Positions 7,093 through 14,871 of a DNA stretch of 17,552 nt are shown in pieces. The position numbers and the translations under genes were made by a program. Origin of the DNA: Thermoproteota archaeon (lineage in GTDB: Archaea; Korarchaeota; Korarchaeia; Korarchaeales; Korarchaeaceae); the NCBI GenBank assembly GCA_015522685.1, contig WALU01000015.1, positions 1 through 17,552 on the forward strand. Direction: 5' to 3'. The notes beneath the pieces were generated by a model. That model worked only from the letters and a program-made list of their open reading frames with translations, did no database searches and had not been told where the DNA came from. The first letter of the stretch is position 1. The number at the start of each line of letters is the position of its first letter.

Positions 7093-7261
7093 CTACCTAA
7101 TTGGGAAGGTTCAGATTAAAAGATTACTTTTACCGATAGAAAAGGAACTTTTCGCATGGGACTTGAGTAAGGTCCTAGAAATTTCATCCAGTACTCTTAC
7201 TAAAACCTTCTAAGGGTATGCTAGGGTACTAAATGCCCTAGAGATAGGTAGGAGAAAGTAA

Positions 7262-7350
7262 ATTATACTTCCAACACCACTTCTATTCAAAGAAGAAACT
7301 GAGTAGTTCGTGAAGGAGGCTGAGAGGATCGTCGAAGGAATGAGGTTTCC
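7262..7350 (+). pseudogene. Possible HEPN C-terminal remnant
   Basis: KEETE*FVKEAERIVEGMR (7289-7345) resembles the final helix of archaeal HEPN proteins and contains an internal TAG. Confidence 0.25.
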
Positions 7351-7380
7351 TTCTTACATCTCTCTCGGTCTCTTATCTAT

Positions 7381-7394
7381 GAAATAATTTTAAC
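7381..7394 (+). promoter_or_regulatory. Putative BRE/TATA promoter of the ATP-cone gene
   Basis: GAAATAA-TTTTAAC lies 22-28 nt before ATG 7416, and there is no RBS, consistent with a leaderless mRNA. Confidence 0.45.
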
Positions 7395-7415
7395 TAAGCT
7401 CCTCTTTTCCTCTCA

Positions 7416-8195
7416 ATGAAGATCCAGAAGGCTTCCGGGCAGATAGAGGAGTATAATAGAGATAAGCTCATATCAAGTCTTACTGCTTCAGGACTTGATG
7501 AGGAATCCGCTAATGAGATTGTAAGGGAAATCGAACATATTAGGGGAATAAAGACGACTAAAGATCTCTATAAAGCTGCTAGAAAGATCCTCCTTCAAAG
7601 GCATCCTATAGTTGCAGTCAAGTATTCCTTGAAAGATGCAATAATGAGGCTGGGACCCACTGGCTTCCCATTCGAGGAGTACGCTGCTGAGATATTGAGG
7701 TCTCTCGGCCATCGAGTGAAGACCCATCAGTTCATAAGAGGAAAGTGCGTGACCCACGAGATCGATCTATTGATAGATGGAAGAGAGATAGGAGAGTGCA
7801 AGTATCATAATGAGAGGGGGATTTATACGGGACTGAAAGAGGCCATGTACACTTACATGAGATTCCTGGATATAAATCCTATTAGGGAGTTGAGCGGCGT
7901 GGTCCTAGTTACTAACACGAAGCTCTCGAGGGAAGCGAAGGAGTTCTCCGAGTGCTATGGACTTCGCCTTGTTGGCTGGAAGTATCCTCCCGGCGAAGGG
8001 CTTGAGAAAATGATTGAGAGGAGCAGTATGTATCCAATCACGATCCTTTCCGGAATTATGCCGGAGAGAACCATTAGAAGGTTGGTATCATCGAAGGTAG
8101 TGACGATAACCCAGCTGGCAGGGAGGAGAGATGTAGATGAGAGATGCTTAGAAGTGGTAAGGAAGTTACTCAGATCCGTAGATGGTGATGTTTAA
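7416..8195 (+). CDS. ATP-cone domain fused to Mrr-like PD-(D/E)xK nuclease domain
   Basis: N-terminal IQKASGQIEEYNRDKLISSL (ATP cone), followed by LGPTGFPFE, HEIDL...GECKYHN and LVTNTKLS..A (restriction-endonuclease-like core). Confidence 0.88.
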   Translation: MKIQKASGQIEEYNRDKLISSLTASGLDEESANEIVREIEHIRGIKTTKDLYKAARKILLQRHPIVAVKYSLKDAIMRLGPTGFPFEEYAAEILRSLGHRVKTHQFIRGKCVTHEIDLLIDGREIGECKYHNERGIYTGLKEAMYTYMRFLDINPIRELSGVVLVTNTKLSREAKEFSECYGLRLVGWKYPPGEGLEKMIERSSMYPITILSGIMPERTIRRLVSSKVVTITQLAGRRDVDERCLEVVRKLLRSVDGDV

Positions 8196-8208
8196 TGCCC
8201 TAACCAGA

Positions 8209-8829
8209 TCAACTGCTGTCCTTCCTCTCCTTACAGAATTGTCTGACTGGGCATTCCTTACATCTATCTCTCTTACAATATTCTAATCTAAGCCTAATGA
8301 GGGCAGATTCGTAAAGCTTTATCTTATTTGCATCCAAGCCTAAGGATTTCCCCATATCAATAGCTACCTTTGAAGGCCTAGGTTCAGCCTTCTCCCATAC
8401 CCCTCTAAGCTCTCTCAGGAATATGTTGACGCAGACGGGACCGACCCCCTTGAATTCCAGCAATCTCCTCTCCAAATCTCTCGGATCCTTAGCCAACTTA
8501 TGCAGCTCCTCTAAGCCTCCATACCTCTCTTTCAACTCCTTTATTATCTCCTGTAGGTTAGATGCAGTCGAGAAATCGTACCTCACATATCCGCCAGAAT
8601 CTAAGACATTGACCAATCTATCCCATCCAGCCTCCAGTATGCTATCTGGAGTTATCAAACCCTCCTCAACGAATTTCCTGAAGGTTCTCTTAGCTATCTC
8701 AGAGGATATCCTTCTAGCAAAGAGTATTGAGGCCAAGAACCATTTGAATCTATCCTCTGGCTTTCTCAGATCCAATCCAAGCTCTTCTGAGTATTTAGGA
8801 AGCTTGGTAAGTATATCCTCGACTTTCAT
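8209..8829 (-). CDS. HhH-GPD superfamily protein with C-terminal four-Cys cluster
   Basis: FKWFLASIL, TPDSILEA, HhH motif LLEFKGVGPVCVNIFLRE and CKRDRCKECPVRQFC. Confidence 0.85.
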   Translation of the reverse strand: MKVEDILTKLPKYSEELGLDLRKPEDRFKWFLASILFARRISSEIAKRTFRKFVEEGLITPDSILEAGWDRLVNVLDSGGYVRYDFSTASNLQEIIKELKERYGGLEELHKLAKDPRDLERRLLEFKGVGPVCVNIFLRELRGVWEKAEPRPSKVAIDMGKSLGLDANKIKLYESALIRLRLEYCKRDRCKECPVRQFCKERKDSS

Positions 8830-8880
8830 TTACCCCTTAAATCGTCTGAACTCAAGGATAAGCTTAAGGTGCATGGTTGC

Positions 8881-9050
8881 TCATCTTCCCTTCTCCCCTG
8901 TTATGACTCCCTTGAGAAGCTGACTTGTCTCCTCGGATTTTATGTAATGGATGCCTGCTAAAAGAGGGATCAAGCTTATGAGAAGGAGGACTATTTGCAA
9001 AGGAAGGAAAGGAAGATATTGAAAATAGCTGGCTGAAGCCCAGGATGTAT
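8881..9050 (-). pseudogene. Orphan 3' fragment of a membrane protein
   Basis: ...YFQYLPFLPLQIVLLLISLIPLLAGIHYIKSEETSQLLKGVITGEKGR* (TGA 8881-8883) has no start and abuts the MNT stop codon. Confidence 0.3.
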
Positions 9051-9056
9051 GATGTT

Positions 9057-9365
9057 TCAGAGCAATCTCAGGCCCTTTCTCCTCGCTTCCTCTATGAGAT
9101 GGGAATATGTCTCATTATTTGCTATAATAAGGTCCATTGAAAGCCCTACATCCAGCAGAAGGTATAGCTCCTCCTTCAAAAGATTGAAGAAATTTATCTC
9201 CTCTTTAGGGACTATTAGAAGATCGAAGTCACTCTCTCCTTTAATAGCATAGCCCTTTACAATAGATCCGAACACGTAAGCTTCCTTGACCTTACCTTGG
9301 AGCTTACTCTTGAGCCTCTTTACTATGCAGTCTACATCCTTCAAGCTAAGTGACTCAGCGCCCAT
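9057..9365 (-). CDS. Minimal nucleotidyltransferase (MNT) antitoxin
   Basis: AYVFGSIVKG....ESDFDLLIV and MDLI motifs in a 102-aa protein that overlaps the HEPN gene by 11 nt. Confidence 0.92.
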   Translation of the reverse strand: MGAESLSLKDVDCIVKRLKSKLQGKVKEAYVFGSIVKGYAIKGESDFDLLIVPKEEINFFNLLKEELYLLLDVGLSMDLIIANNETYSHLIEEARRKGLRLL

Positions 9366-9723
9366 GCCCCAGCTTCCTCCTGAGCCTCTCTATGATACTC
9401 TCCATCAGTTCTAGATCTTCTCTTCTTATAGAGGGTACCGCTCCATAATCACCTCTCTCCCTCATACTCTGAGCCCTTGCTATACTGCTTATTAGGTCCC
9501 TATCTAGATCCAATTCATCCTTGAGAGCCCATAGCTTAGAAATCAGCCCGGAATGAGTTTTTGGAAGACTTTCTCCATACTTCAGGAGTAAAGCATAGCA
9601 GAGATGAAGAATGGCGTAATATCCCCTAGAAGCGGCATCCTCCATCAACCCTCTACTTTTTAGTAGCCTAAACGACTCATAAGCCTTCTCAGCTCTCTTC
9701 ACATGGATCTCATACTCTTCCAT
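9355..9723 (-). CDS. HEPN domain protein (UPF0332-type)
   Basis: AASRGYYAILH, PKTHSGL and RERGDY motifs; paired with MNT. Confidence 0.92.
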   Translation of the reverse strand: MEEYEIHVKRAEKAYESFRLLKSRGLMEDAASRGYYAILHLCYALLLKYGESLPKTHSGLISKLWALKDELDLDRDLISSIARAQSMRERGDYGAVPSIRREDLELMESIIERLRRKLGHGR

Positions 9724-9813
9724 CGTCCAATGAAATGTGGTAAATTAGAAAAACATTCGGTATCTGTTAGCCCTGCTTTACATTCTTTGATATTACTGCC
9801 GATTTAACTTGCC

Positions 9814-10308
9814 GTGAGTTCTCTATCTGATACAGATCACAGGTATGCTGAGAAGATTTATTATTCCGAGGCTTCAGGTAGTATTGTGACGATCAAGGAA
9901 GAGGAAACTGCAGAGAAGCATCCTGCTTCAAAAGATGATTTTCTTGCTAAACTCTTAAGTCTGGGGGAAGTCCCGCTGAAGGAAGGAGCTACGGATCTTA
10001 TCTCACTTCTTGAGGATGTTGAGAGCATCTTAAGCTCAGAAGAGCTGACAGATCTGGAGAGGCAGGGCTTCATTTTGATAAGGGAGTACTTGAAGGAAGC
10101 TACCATTCTAGAACTCAGAAAGCTTCCTAGAGCATCCCTTACGAATAAGATAAGGGAGATAGCCTCCATTCTCAAAAATATTGATAATTTAAGGGGAAAG
10201 GGAATTCAGATAATCTCTCTGGGAGATTTGACCGTCGTAGGTGAGATCGATGGGAGACCGATCTATTCAATCAGGCAGGAGGATAAAAGAGATAGTTCTA
10301 ATAGATAA
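9814..10308 (+). CDS. Hypothetical protein
   Basis: 164-aa ORF with helical, charged composition; coupled to the next ORF. No family recognised. Confidence 0.65.
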   Translation: MSSLSDTDHRYAEKIYYSEASGSIVTIKEEETAEKHPASKDDFLAKLLSLGEVPLKEGATDLISLLEDVESILSSEELTDLERQGFILIREYLKEATILELRKLPRASLTNKIREIASILKNIDNLRGKGIQIISLGDLTVVGEIDGRPIYSIRQEDKRDSSNR

Positions 10309-10573
10309 GAACCCAAAGAAGGTCCTCGTTGAGCGAAGGAGAGAGCTGGAGATTCACTACTTTTACTGGGATCTGGATCTCTACAAGCCATTCGATTATG
10401 AGCCGGTAACTGTACTGGAATCATTTGTTCTCTCTCGGTATCATTGGAAGGGCCTAGTGCTGTGGAACGCTCCCCTCAAGCGTGAGAATAAACCGCTTAT
10501 CAGCTTCTTCATTGGAGTTCACACTCCCTTGGTTGCCTCGCGCTGCTCGCGATCGCGCGCGCAGTTTACTTAA
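10250..10573 (+). CDS. Hypothetical protein, probably C-terminally truncated
   Basis: GGTGAG RBS at 10240-10245 before ATG 10250. Aromatic-rich sequence (HYFYWDLDLYKPFDYEP, YHWKGLVLWNAP). Base composition changes abruptly to a CG run at ~10537. Confidence 0.6.
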   Translation: MGDRSIQSGRRIKEIVLIDKNPKKVLVERRRELEIHYFYWDLDLYKPFDYEPVTVLESFVLSRYHWKGLVLWNAPLKRENKPLISFFIGVHTPLVASRCSRSRAQFT

Positions 10574-10704
10574 GATTATATTACCATAAACTAAGTTATA
10601 CGTAAAAAGTTATAATTCTCTATAATCGGCCTAAGGCATGCGATCTGATTAATGGGTAAAGAAAGGAGTTATTGTGAATTAAGGTCTTAGGGGAGGGGGT
10701 AGGA

Positions 10705-10812
10705 GTGCTAAACGAAATGATTTTAGGAGGAGCTGGCACCTTAGCTGCCGCTTATCTGATATTCTTGAGAAGGATGTCTACCAGAGCTGTGATGGAGAAG
10801 ATAAGGGGATGA
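10705..10812 (+). CDS. 35-aa single-TM small ORF or 5' remnant of a membrane-anchored protein
   Basis: GGAGG-containing purine run, then GTG: MLNEMILGGAGTLAAAYLIFLRRMSTRAVMEKIRG*. The frame continues *DRVL*KATNKRK, so the stops may be mutated Trp codons. Confidence 0.35.
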   Translation: MLNEMILGGAGTLAAAYLIFLRRMSTRAVMEKIRG

Positions 10813-11040
10813 GACCGGGTGCTATAGAAAGCTACGAACAAGAGGAAGCCCTTAGAACACTATCTGCTGTCCTGATAGCTACACTACGCATCAAGGAATA
10901 CTCTTCAATCTGGTGCTCAAGCCGATTTCCACAAAGAGACTAGGAGCCCTGAGAAGATCACTAGTAACCGTTAGATACCTGCTTAGAAGGATAAGAAGCT
11001 GAAAAATAAAGATAGCTAAGGATAAACAGTAGTTAGTTAA

Positions 11041-12087
11041 TTAGCTTCCAGTCTTCCTCTTCTGCTTCATTTCCTTTATGACTTCTATTATCGCCGGGAT
11101 TACTTCCTTATAATTGCCTACTATTCCATAGTCAGCACTCTCAAATATTGGGGCATTAGGATCTATATTTATGGCTATGACCCTCCTGGCCTCTCTTATG
11201 CCGAATACGTGCTGAGCAGCTCCACTTATTGCCACAGCGAAGTATACATTCGGCTTGACAGCTTTTCCTGTCTGTCCAACCTGATGGTTATGATCTATCC
11301 ATCCAGCATCTACGACCTTCCTTGAGCCAGCTATCACTCCTCCTAAGAGATCTGCTAATTCCTTAAGAAGCTTAAATCCGTCCTCAGATCCAAGACCTTT
11401 TCCTCCAGAAACTATTATCTCAGCCTTTTCTATCGGGATCTCTTCCTTTTTCTTTATTGGGATGCGTCCAACAAGCCTGATTCCTTTCGGTTCGGGAACA
11501 TCTACCTCCTCTTTTACTATCTCACCCTTCCTTTTCTCATCTCTCTGTGGGGTTGAGAAGATGTTAGGCCTGACAGACCCCATAACAGGTCTTCTAGTCT
11601 TGGTAACTATGTGAGCGAGCATGTAGCCGCCGAAAGGAGGTCTTATGAGGACGACCTCTTTGCTTTTTGGATCTATATCCATCGAAGTTAGGTCAGCGGT
11701 TATACCAGTCCTGAACATGTTAGCTATATATGGAGCCATTTCCCTTCCCTTTAGGGTTGCTGGGATCAGCAAAACCTCCGGTTTATATTTCTCCGCTAGC
11801 TTGCGGATAGCCATCCCATAAGTTGAAGGGTAATAAATAGCGAGCTTCTCATCATCCACGACGAATACTTTATCAGCTCCATAGTAGATGAGCTCCTCAG
11901 CTAGCTCTTTTATTTTATACCCAACTAATGCTACACCTATATATGTTCCCAGCTTATCTGCTAGTTCCTTGGCTGCTCCAATCAGCTGCAGAGATGCTTC
12001 ATTTATCTCTCCTTCTTCAACTAGAGCGCCAACCCATACCCCCTTATATTCGTCAAGCTTTATCTCGGGCCATTCGCTGCATATCAT
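11041..12087 (-). CDS. fixB: Electron transfer flavoprotein alpha subunit (FixB/EtfA)
   Basis: IIVSGGKG, GSRKVVDAGW, QVGQTGKAVKP, ISGAAQH and IAINIDPNAPIF motifs. A GAGGTGA RBS indicates ATG 12087 rather than 12162. Confidence 0.96.
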   Translation of the reverse strand: MICSEWPEIKLDEYKGVWVGALVEEGEINEASLQLIGAAKELADKLGTYIGVALVGYKIKELAEELIYYGADKVFVVDDEKLAIYYPSTYGMAIRKLAEKYKPEVLLIPATLKGREMAPYIANMFRTGITADLTSMDIDPKSKEVVLIRPPFGGYMLAHIVTKTRRPVMGSVRPNIFSTPQRDEKRKGEIVKEEVDVPEPKGIRLVGRIPIKKKEEIPIEKAEIIVSGGKGLGSEDGFKLLKELADLLGGVIAGSRKVVDAGWIDHNHQVGQTGKAVKPNVYFAVAISGAAQHVFGIREARRVIAINIDPNAPIFESADYGIVGNYKEVIPAIIEVIKEMKQKRKTGS

Positions 12088-12116
12088 TAGGATCACCTCT
12101 AATCCAATCAGAATCA

Positions 12117-12920
12117 TCAGATCTCTATCAGGCCCTCCTCCAGTAGCTTCTTCACGAGCCATCTAGCTGCTTTCTTCACATCATTTCCCTTAAATACCTC
12201 ATTCTTCCTAAGAACCTTTGGGATCATCTCTATCTTTGCTAGAGCTGTTGGAGATCCCTTAAGGCCTATGCAGTTCTTCTCTAATCCGAGAATCTCATTG
12301 CTCCATGTCTCTATTGGGCTTTCAAGTTTCACTCTTAACTTGTTATATATACTTACCCTCCTCGGGTTAAGGGAGTGCATGGCTACCGATATTAGAGCTG
12401 GAAGCTCTAGTTCATATGTCTCATAGGCATTCTCCAATGCTCTCTTTACTCTGATTATATTCCTATCCTCTATATATCTCGCCTCCGTGACATAATAGAT
12501 ATAAGGTATCTTGAGCCACGAGGCAACTTGGGCGCCTATGTGTGCGGTTGAGGAGTCTATCGTCTCTTGACCGAACACTATAAGGTTGTAATCTAACCTC
12601 TCCATAGTCTTCGCTAGGGCATAGGATGTAGCTAATGTATCAGCGCCGGCAAATGCTCTATCGGAGACAAGTATTCCACGATCGGCGCCCATCCCTATTA
12701 CATGCTCCAGGCCAGCAATCGCTGATGGGGGAGACATCGTTATCACCGTGACAGTTCCTCCATATTCATTCTTCAATCTCAGAGCCATCTCAACGGCCAC
12801 AAGATCATGCGGATTTACGATGCTTGATATTCCTTCTCTTATGAGAGTTCCTGTCCTCGGATCTATGTTCACTAATGTTGTATTTGGAACCCACTTTATA
12901 CCAACCACTATGTTGAGCAT
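12117..12920 (-). CDS. fixA: Electron transfer flavoprotein beta subunit (FixA/EtfB)
   Basis: IVVGIKWVP, NPHDLVAVE, MGADRG..VSDRAFAGADTLATS and GLKGSPT motifs; GAGGTGA RBS. Confidence 0.96.
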   Translation of the reverse strand: MLNIVVGIKWVPNTTLVNIDPRTGTLIREGISSIVNPHDLVAVEMALRLKNEYGGTVTVITMSPPSAIAGLEHVIGMGADRGILVSDRAFAGADTLATSYALAKTMERLDYNLIVFGQETIDSSTAHIGAQVASWLKIPYIYYVTEARYIEDRNIIRVKRALENAYETYELELPALISVAMHSLNPRRVSIYNKLRVKLESPIETWSNEILGLEKNCIGLKGSPTALAKIEMIPKVLRKNEVFKGNDVKKAARWLVKKLLEEGLIEI

Positions 12921-12929
12921 AAAATCACC

Positions 12930-13241
12930 TCAGCTGAACCTGTAATGGATTCCTCTCCCACTAACTGGATAATTCCATGTGATCGCATTTTCCGGGCATA
13001 TTACCCTGCAAGTGCCGCATTCGAGGCATCCTTCATAGCTGAATAAGACTTCATTCCCGACGAGAGTATAGCACTGGGCAGGGCATAGATAGAGACAGGG
13101 CTTATTCTTGCATTTCCTACACTTCTCACTGTCCACCCTTATGTGCGGCTCATAATCGACATCCCATATATCATTATTCAATATATCATCGACTTTCATT
13201 GGTTTCTCCTTCTTAACTCTCTCATCCTTTGCAACACTCAT
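12930..13241 (-). CDS. fixX: FixX-type ferredoxin
   Basis: CRKC...PCLYLCPAQCY and YEGCLECGTCRVIC, W.YP..G.GI.YRF; ATGA overlap with fixC. Confidence 0.95.
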   Translation of the reverse strand: MSVAKDERVKKEKPMKVDDILNNDIWDVDYEPHIRVDSEKCRKCKNKPCLYLCPAQCYTLVGNEVLFSYEGCLECGTCRVICPENAITWNYPVSGRGIHYRFS

Positions 13242-14524
13242 ATACTCCTACTCACCTCGTAAAGATCTCTAATAAGGGTAAACCATCCAATTCTTCCTTT
13301 ATTTGCCTCTTTAAATGCATCCATGATCTTGGGAGTCTCATACTTGGCATGAAATATCTTATCTGCTATGGCGTTTATCAGATAAGGGTAGAAGTCATAT
13401 AATCTTTCATTCTTCCTCATTTTAGGAGCGTTCTTGAATTTCCTAAGCTCCCTTAGGATAAAACTCTTCTCTAACAGTTCTTGGTAAATTGACAGATTCT
13501 CAGCGGACATACCTCCCAAGGAGTGAGCCTTCTCTACTGCTTGAGCTGCCAAATAACCCGAATATGATGCAAAATCAACTCCCCTAAAATTGTAGCCTAG
13601 GTTGAGGAGCAAGCCAGCTGCATCTCCGGCCACCAAGAAGCCATCCCCGTAAAGCCTGTGCGGTATCGCTGGCCAAACATATTCAGGTACTAGATGGGCA
13701 GAATACTCCATTATCCTACCTTCCCTGAAGTACTTCTCCAAGAGAGGATGGAGTCTGAGCCTCTCCACATACCGAGATATATGCTCCTTCATTCTCTCCA
13801 TGGCGCTGCCCAGCATCACCACTATTCCCAAGCTTATCGAATCCTTATTTGTGTAGAGAAAGGCCCCTCCAGGTAGCCCCTCCATTATATCTCCTATAAG
13901 GAGCCATGCTATTCCCTCCCCACTTCCCAGGCCGAAGTTCTTCTCTATATCCTCCTTCGAGAGTTTTATTACTTCCTTTACTCCCAAACCAGCATAGTTT
14001 GGGGTTATTCTGGGAATCAGGCCTGCTCTTTCCAATAGAAGTCTATTTATTCCTTCCGCATCGATCACCACATCAGAGAATACTTCCTCATTACCAACCC
14101 TGATTCCCTTAACTCTTCCATCCTTCACAATAAAGTTATCAACCGTTATCTCTGTGAGAACTATCCCTCCAGCTTCCTCCACCTGCTTGGCCATCCAATT
14201 ACTAAGCTCTGTGAGATAGGTAGTAAAGCTAACATTCTTTTTCCCCTCGAACTCTAAGGAAGTCATCTTTTCGCCGCTCACCATGGAGATTCTCTCCTTA
14301 GTGACCCACCTATGTATTGGGGCAGATTTATTGAGATTAGGGAACACCTCTCTAATAGGATCCGCGTAGACTCGTCCCCCAAACATGTTTTTGGAACCAG
14401 GCGTTCTACCTCTCTCGACAACTAATACCTTGAATCCCTTCCTCGCTAACGTATAAGCGGCTGAAGATCCAGCAGGCCCAGCTCCGACTACTATGGCATC
14501 GAATATATAGCCTGCCCCCTTCAA
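13238..14524 (-). CDS. fixC: FixC-type FAD-dependent ETF:quinone oxidoreductase
   Basis: GAGPAG, ERG..PGSKNMFGG, GGAFLYTN, EYSAHLVPE and GDAAG motifs. A GGTGA RBS suggests TTG 14524 as start (track: 14536). Confidence 0.95.
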   Translation of the reverse strand: MKGAGYIFDAIVVGAGPAGSSAAYTLARKGFKVLVVERGRTPGSKNMFGGRVYADPIREVFPNLNKSAPIHRWVTKERISMVSGEKMTSLEFEGKKNVSFTTYLTELSNWMAKQVEEAGGIVLTEITVDNFIVKDGRVKGIRVGNEEVFSDVVIDAEGINRLLLERAGLIPRITPNYAGLGVKEVIKLSKEDIEKNFGLGSGEGIAWLLIGDIMEGLPGGAFLYTNKDSISLGIVVMLGSAMERMKEHISRYVERLRLHPLLEKYFREGRIMEYSAHLVPEYVWPAIPHRLYGDGFLVAGDAAGLLLNLGYNFRGVDFASYSGYLAAQAVEKAHSLGGMSAENLSIYQELLEKSFILRELRKFKNAPKMRKNERLYDFYPYLINAIADKIFHAKYETPKIMDAFKEANKGRIGWFTLIRDLYEVSRSI

Positions 14525-14549
14525 TTGTGATATCACCTTTCCCAGCTTA

Positions 14550-14580
14550 TCACATGCATGTTTGTTATATAATTTTATCC
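14550..14580 (-). promoter_or_regulatory. Putative promoter of the fixCXAB operon
   Basis: Minus strand GGATAAAA-TTATATAA (BRE/TATA-like, 14565-14580), followed by the palindrome ACATGCATGT at 14552-14561. Confidence 0.5.
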
Positions 14581-14666
14581 AGCTTCTAATACCTCCTTTT
14601 ATTTCAGATGAAAGGCATTCATGGATAAAACATTTCTTAGCTAATCTATGAGCTCATTATAATAAA

Positions 14667-14798
14667 ATGAAGTCTAAATATGATTATCTAAAGATAGTAG
14701 CTGACCAGTTTAGTGTTCCTCTAAAGGGAGCAATTAACCTAGCCAAAGAGATATCATCGAGAGGAGGGGTGGAATTAAAGCTAGTTCTGGACCAATAG
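14667..14798 (+). pseudogene. Possible LarC C-terminal remnant
   Basis: MKSKYDYLKIVADQFSVPLKGAINLAKE loosely fits the 'KPEY(E/D)D.K.IA....(V/I)PL.E' end of LarC/DUF111 proteins. Surrounding frames contain many stops. Confidence 0.2.
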
Positions 14799-14871
14799 AT
14801 AACTTCCTTCTCCTTTCCTCAGCTAACTCAAGATTGATGAGTTGATAATTAAGGAGGCTAGTAAGTTCAAA

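Noticed and set aside
7221-7241. Hairpin CTAGGGTA-N5-TGCCCTAG as terminator or IS end
   Set aside because: It lies between divergent genes, has no T tract and has no second copy or transposase nearby.
7488-10175. Tracked ORFs 7488..7757(-), 8423..8923(+), 9049..9252(+) and 9861..10175(-)
   Set aside because: Antisense shadows of the ATP-cone, HhH-GPD, MNT and 9814 genes.
12088-12162. 25-aa N-terminal extension of FixB
   Set aside because: It overlaps fixA, and a GAGGTGA RBS sits directly before the internal ATG at 12087.
14527-14553. TATCAC/GTGATA words as a TrmBL1 (TGM) site
   Set aside because: Spacing and orientation do not match TATCAC-n5-GTGATA, and one copy is explained by the GGTGA RBS.
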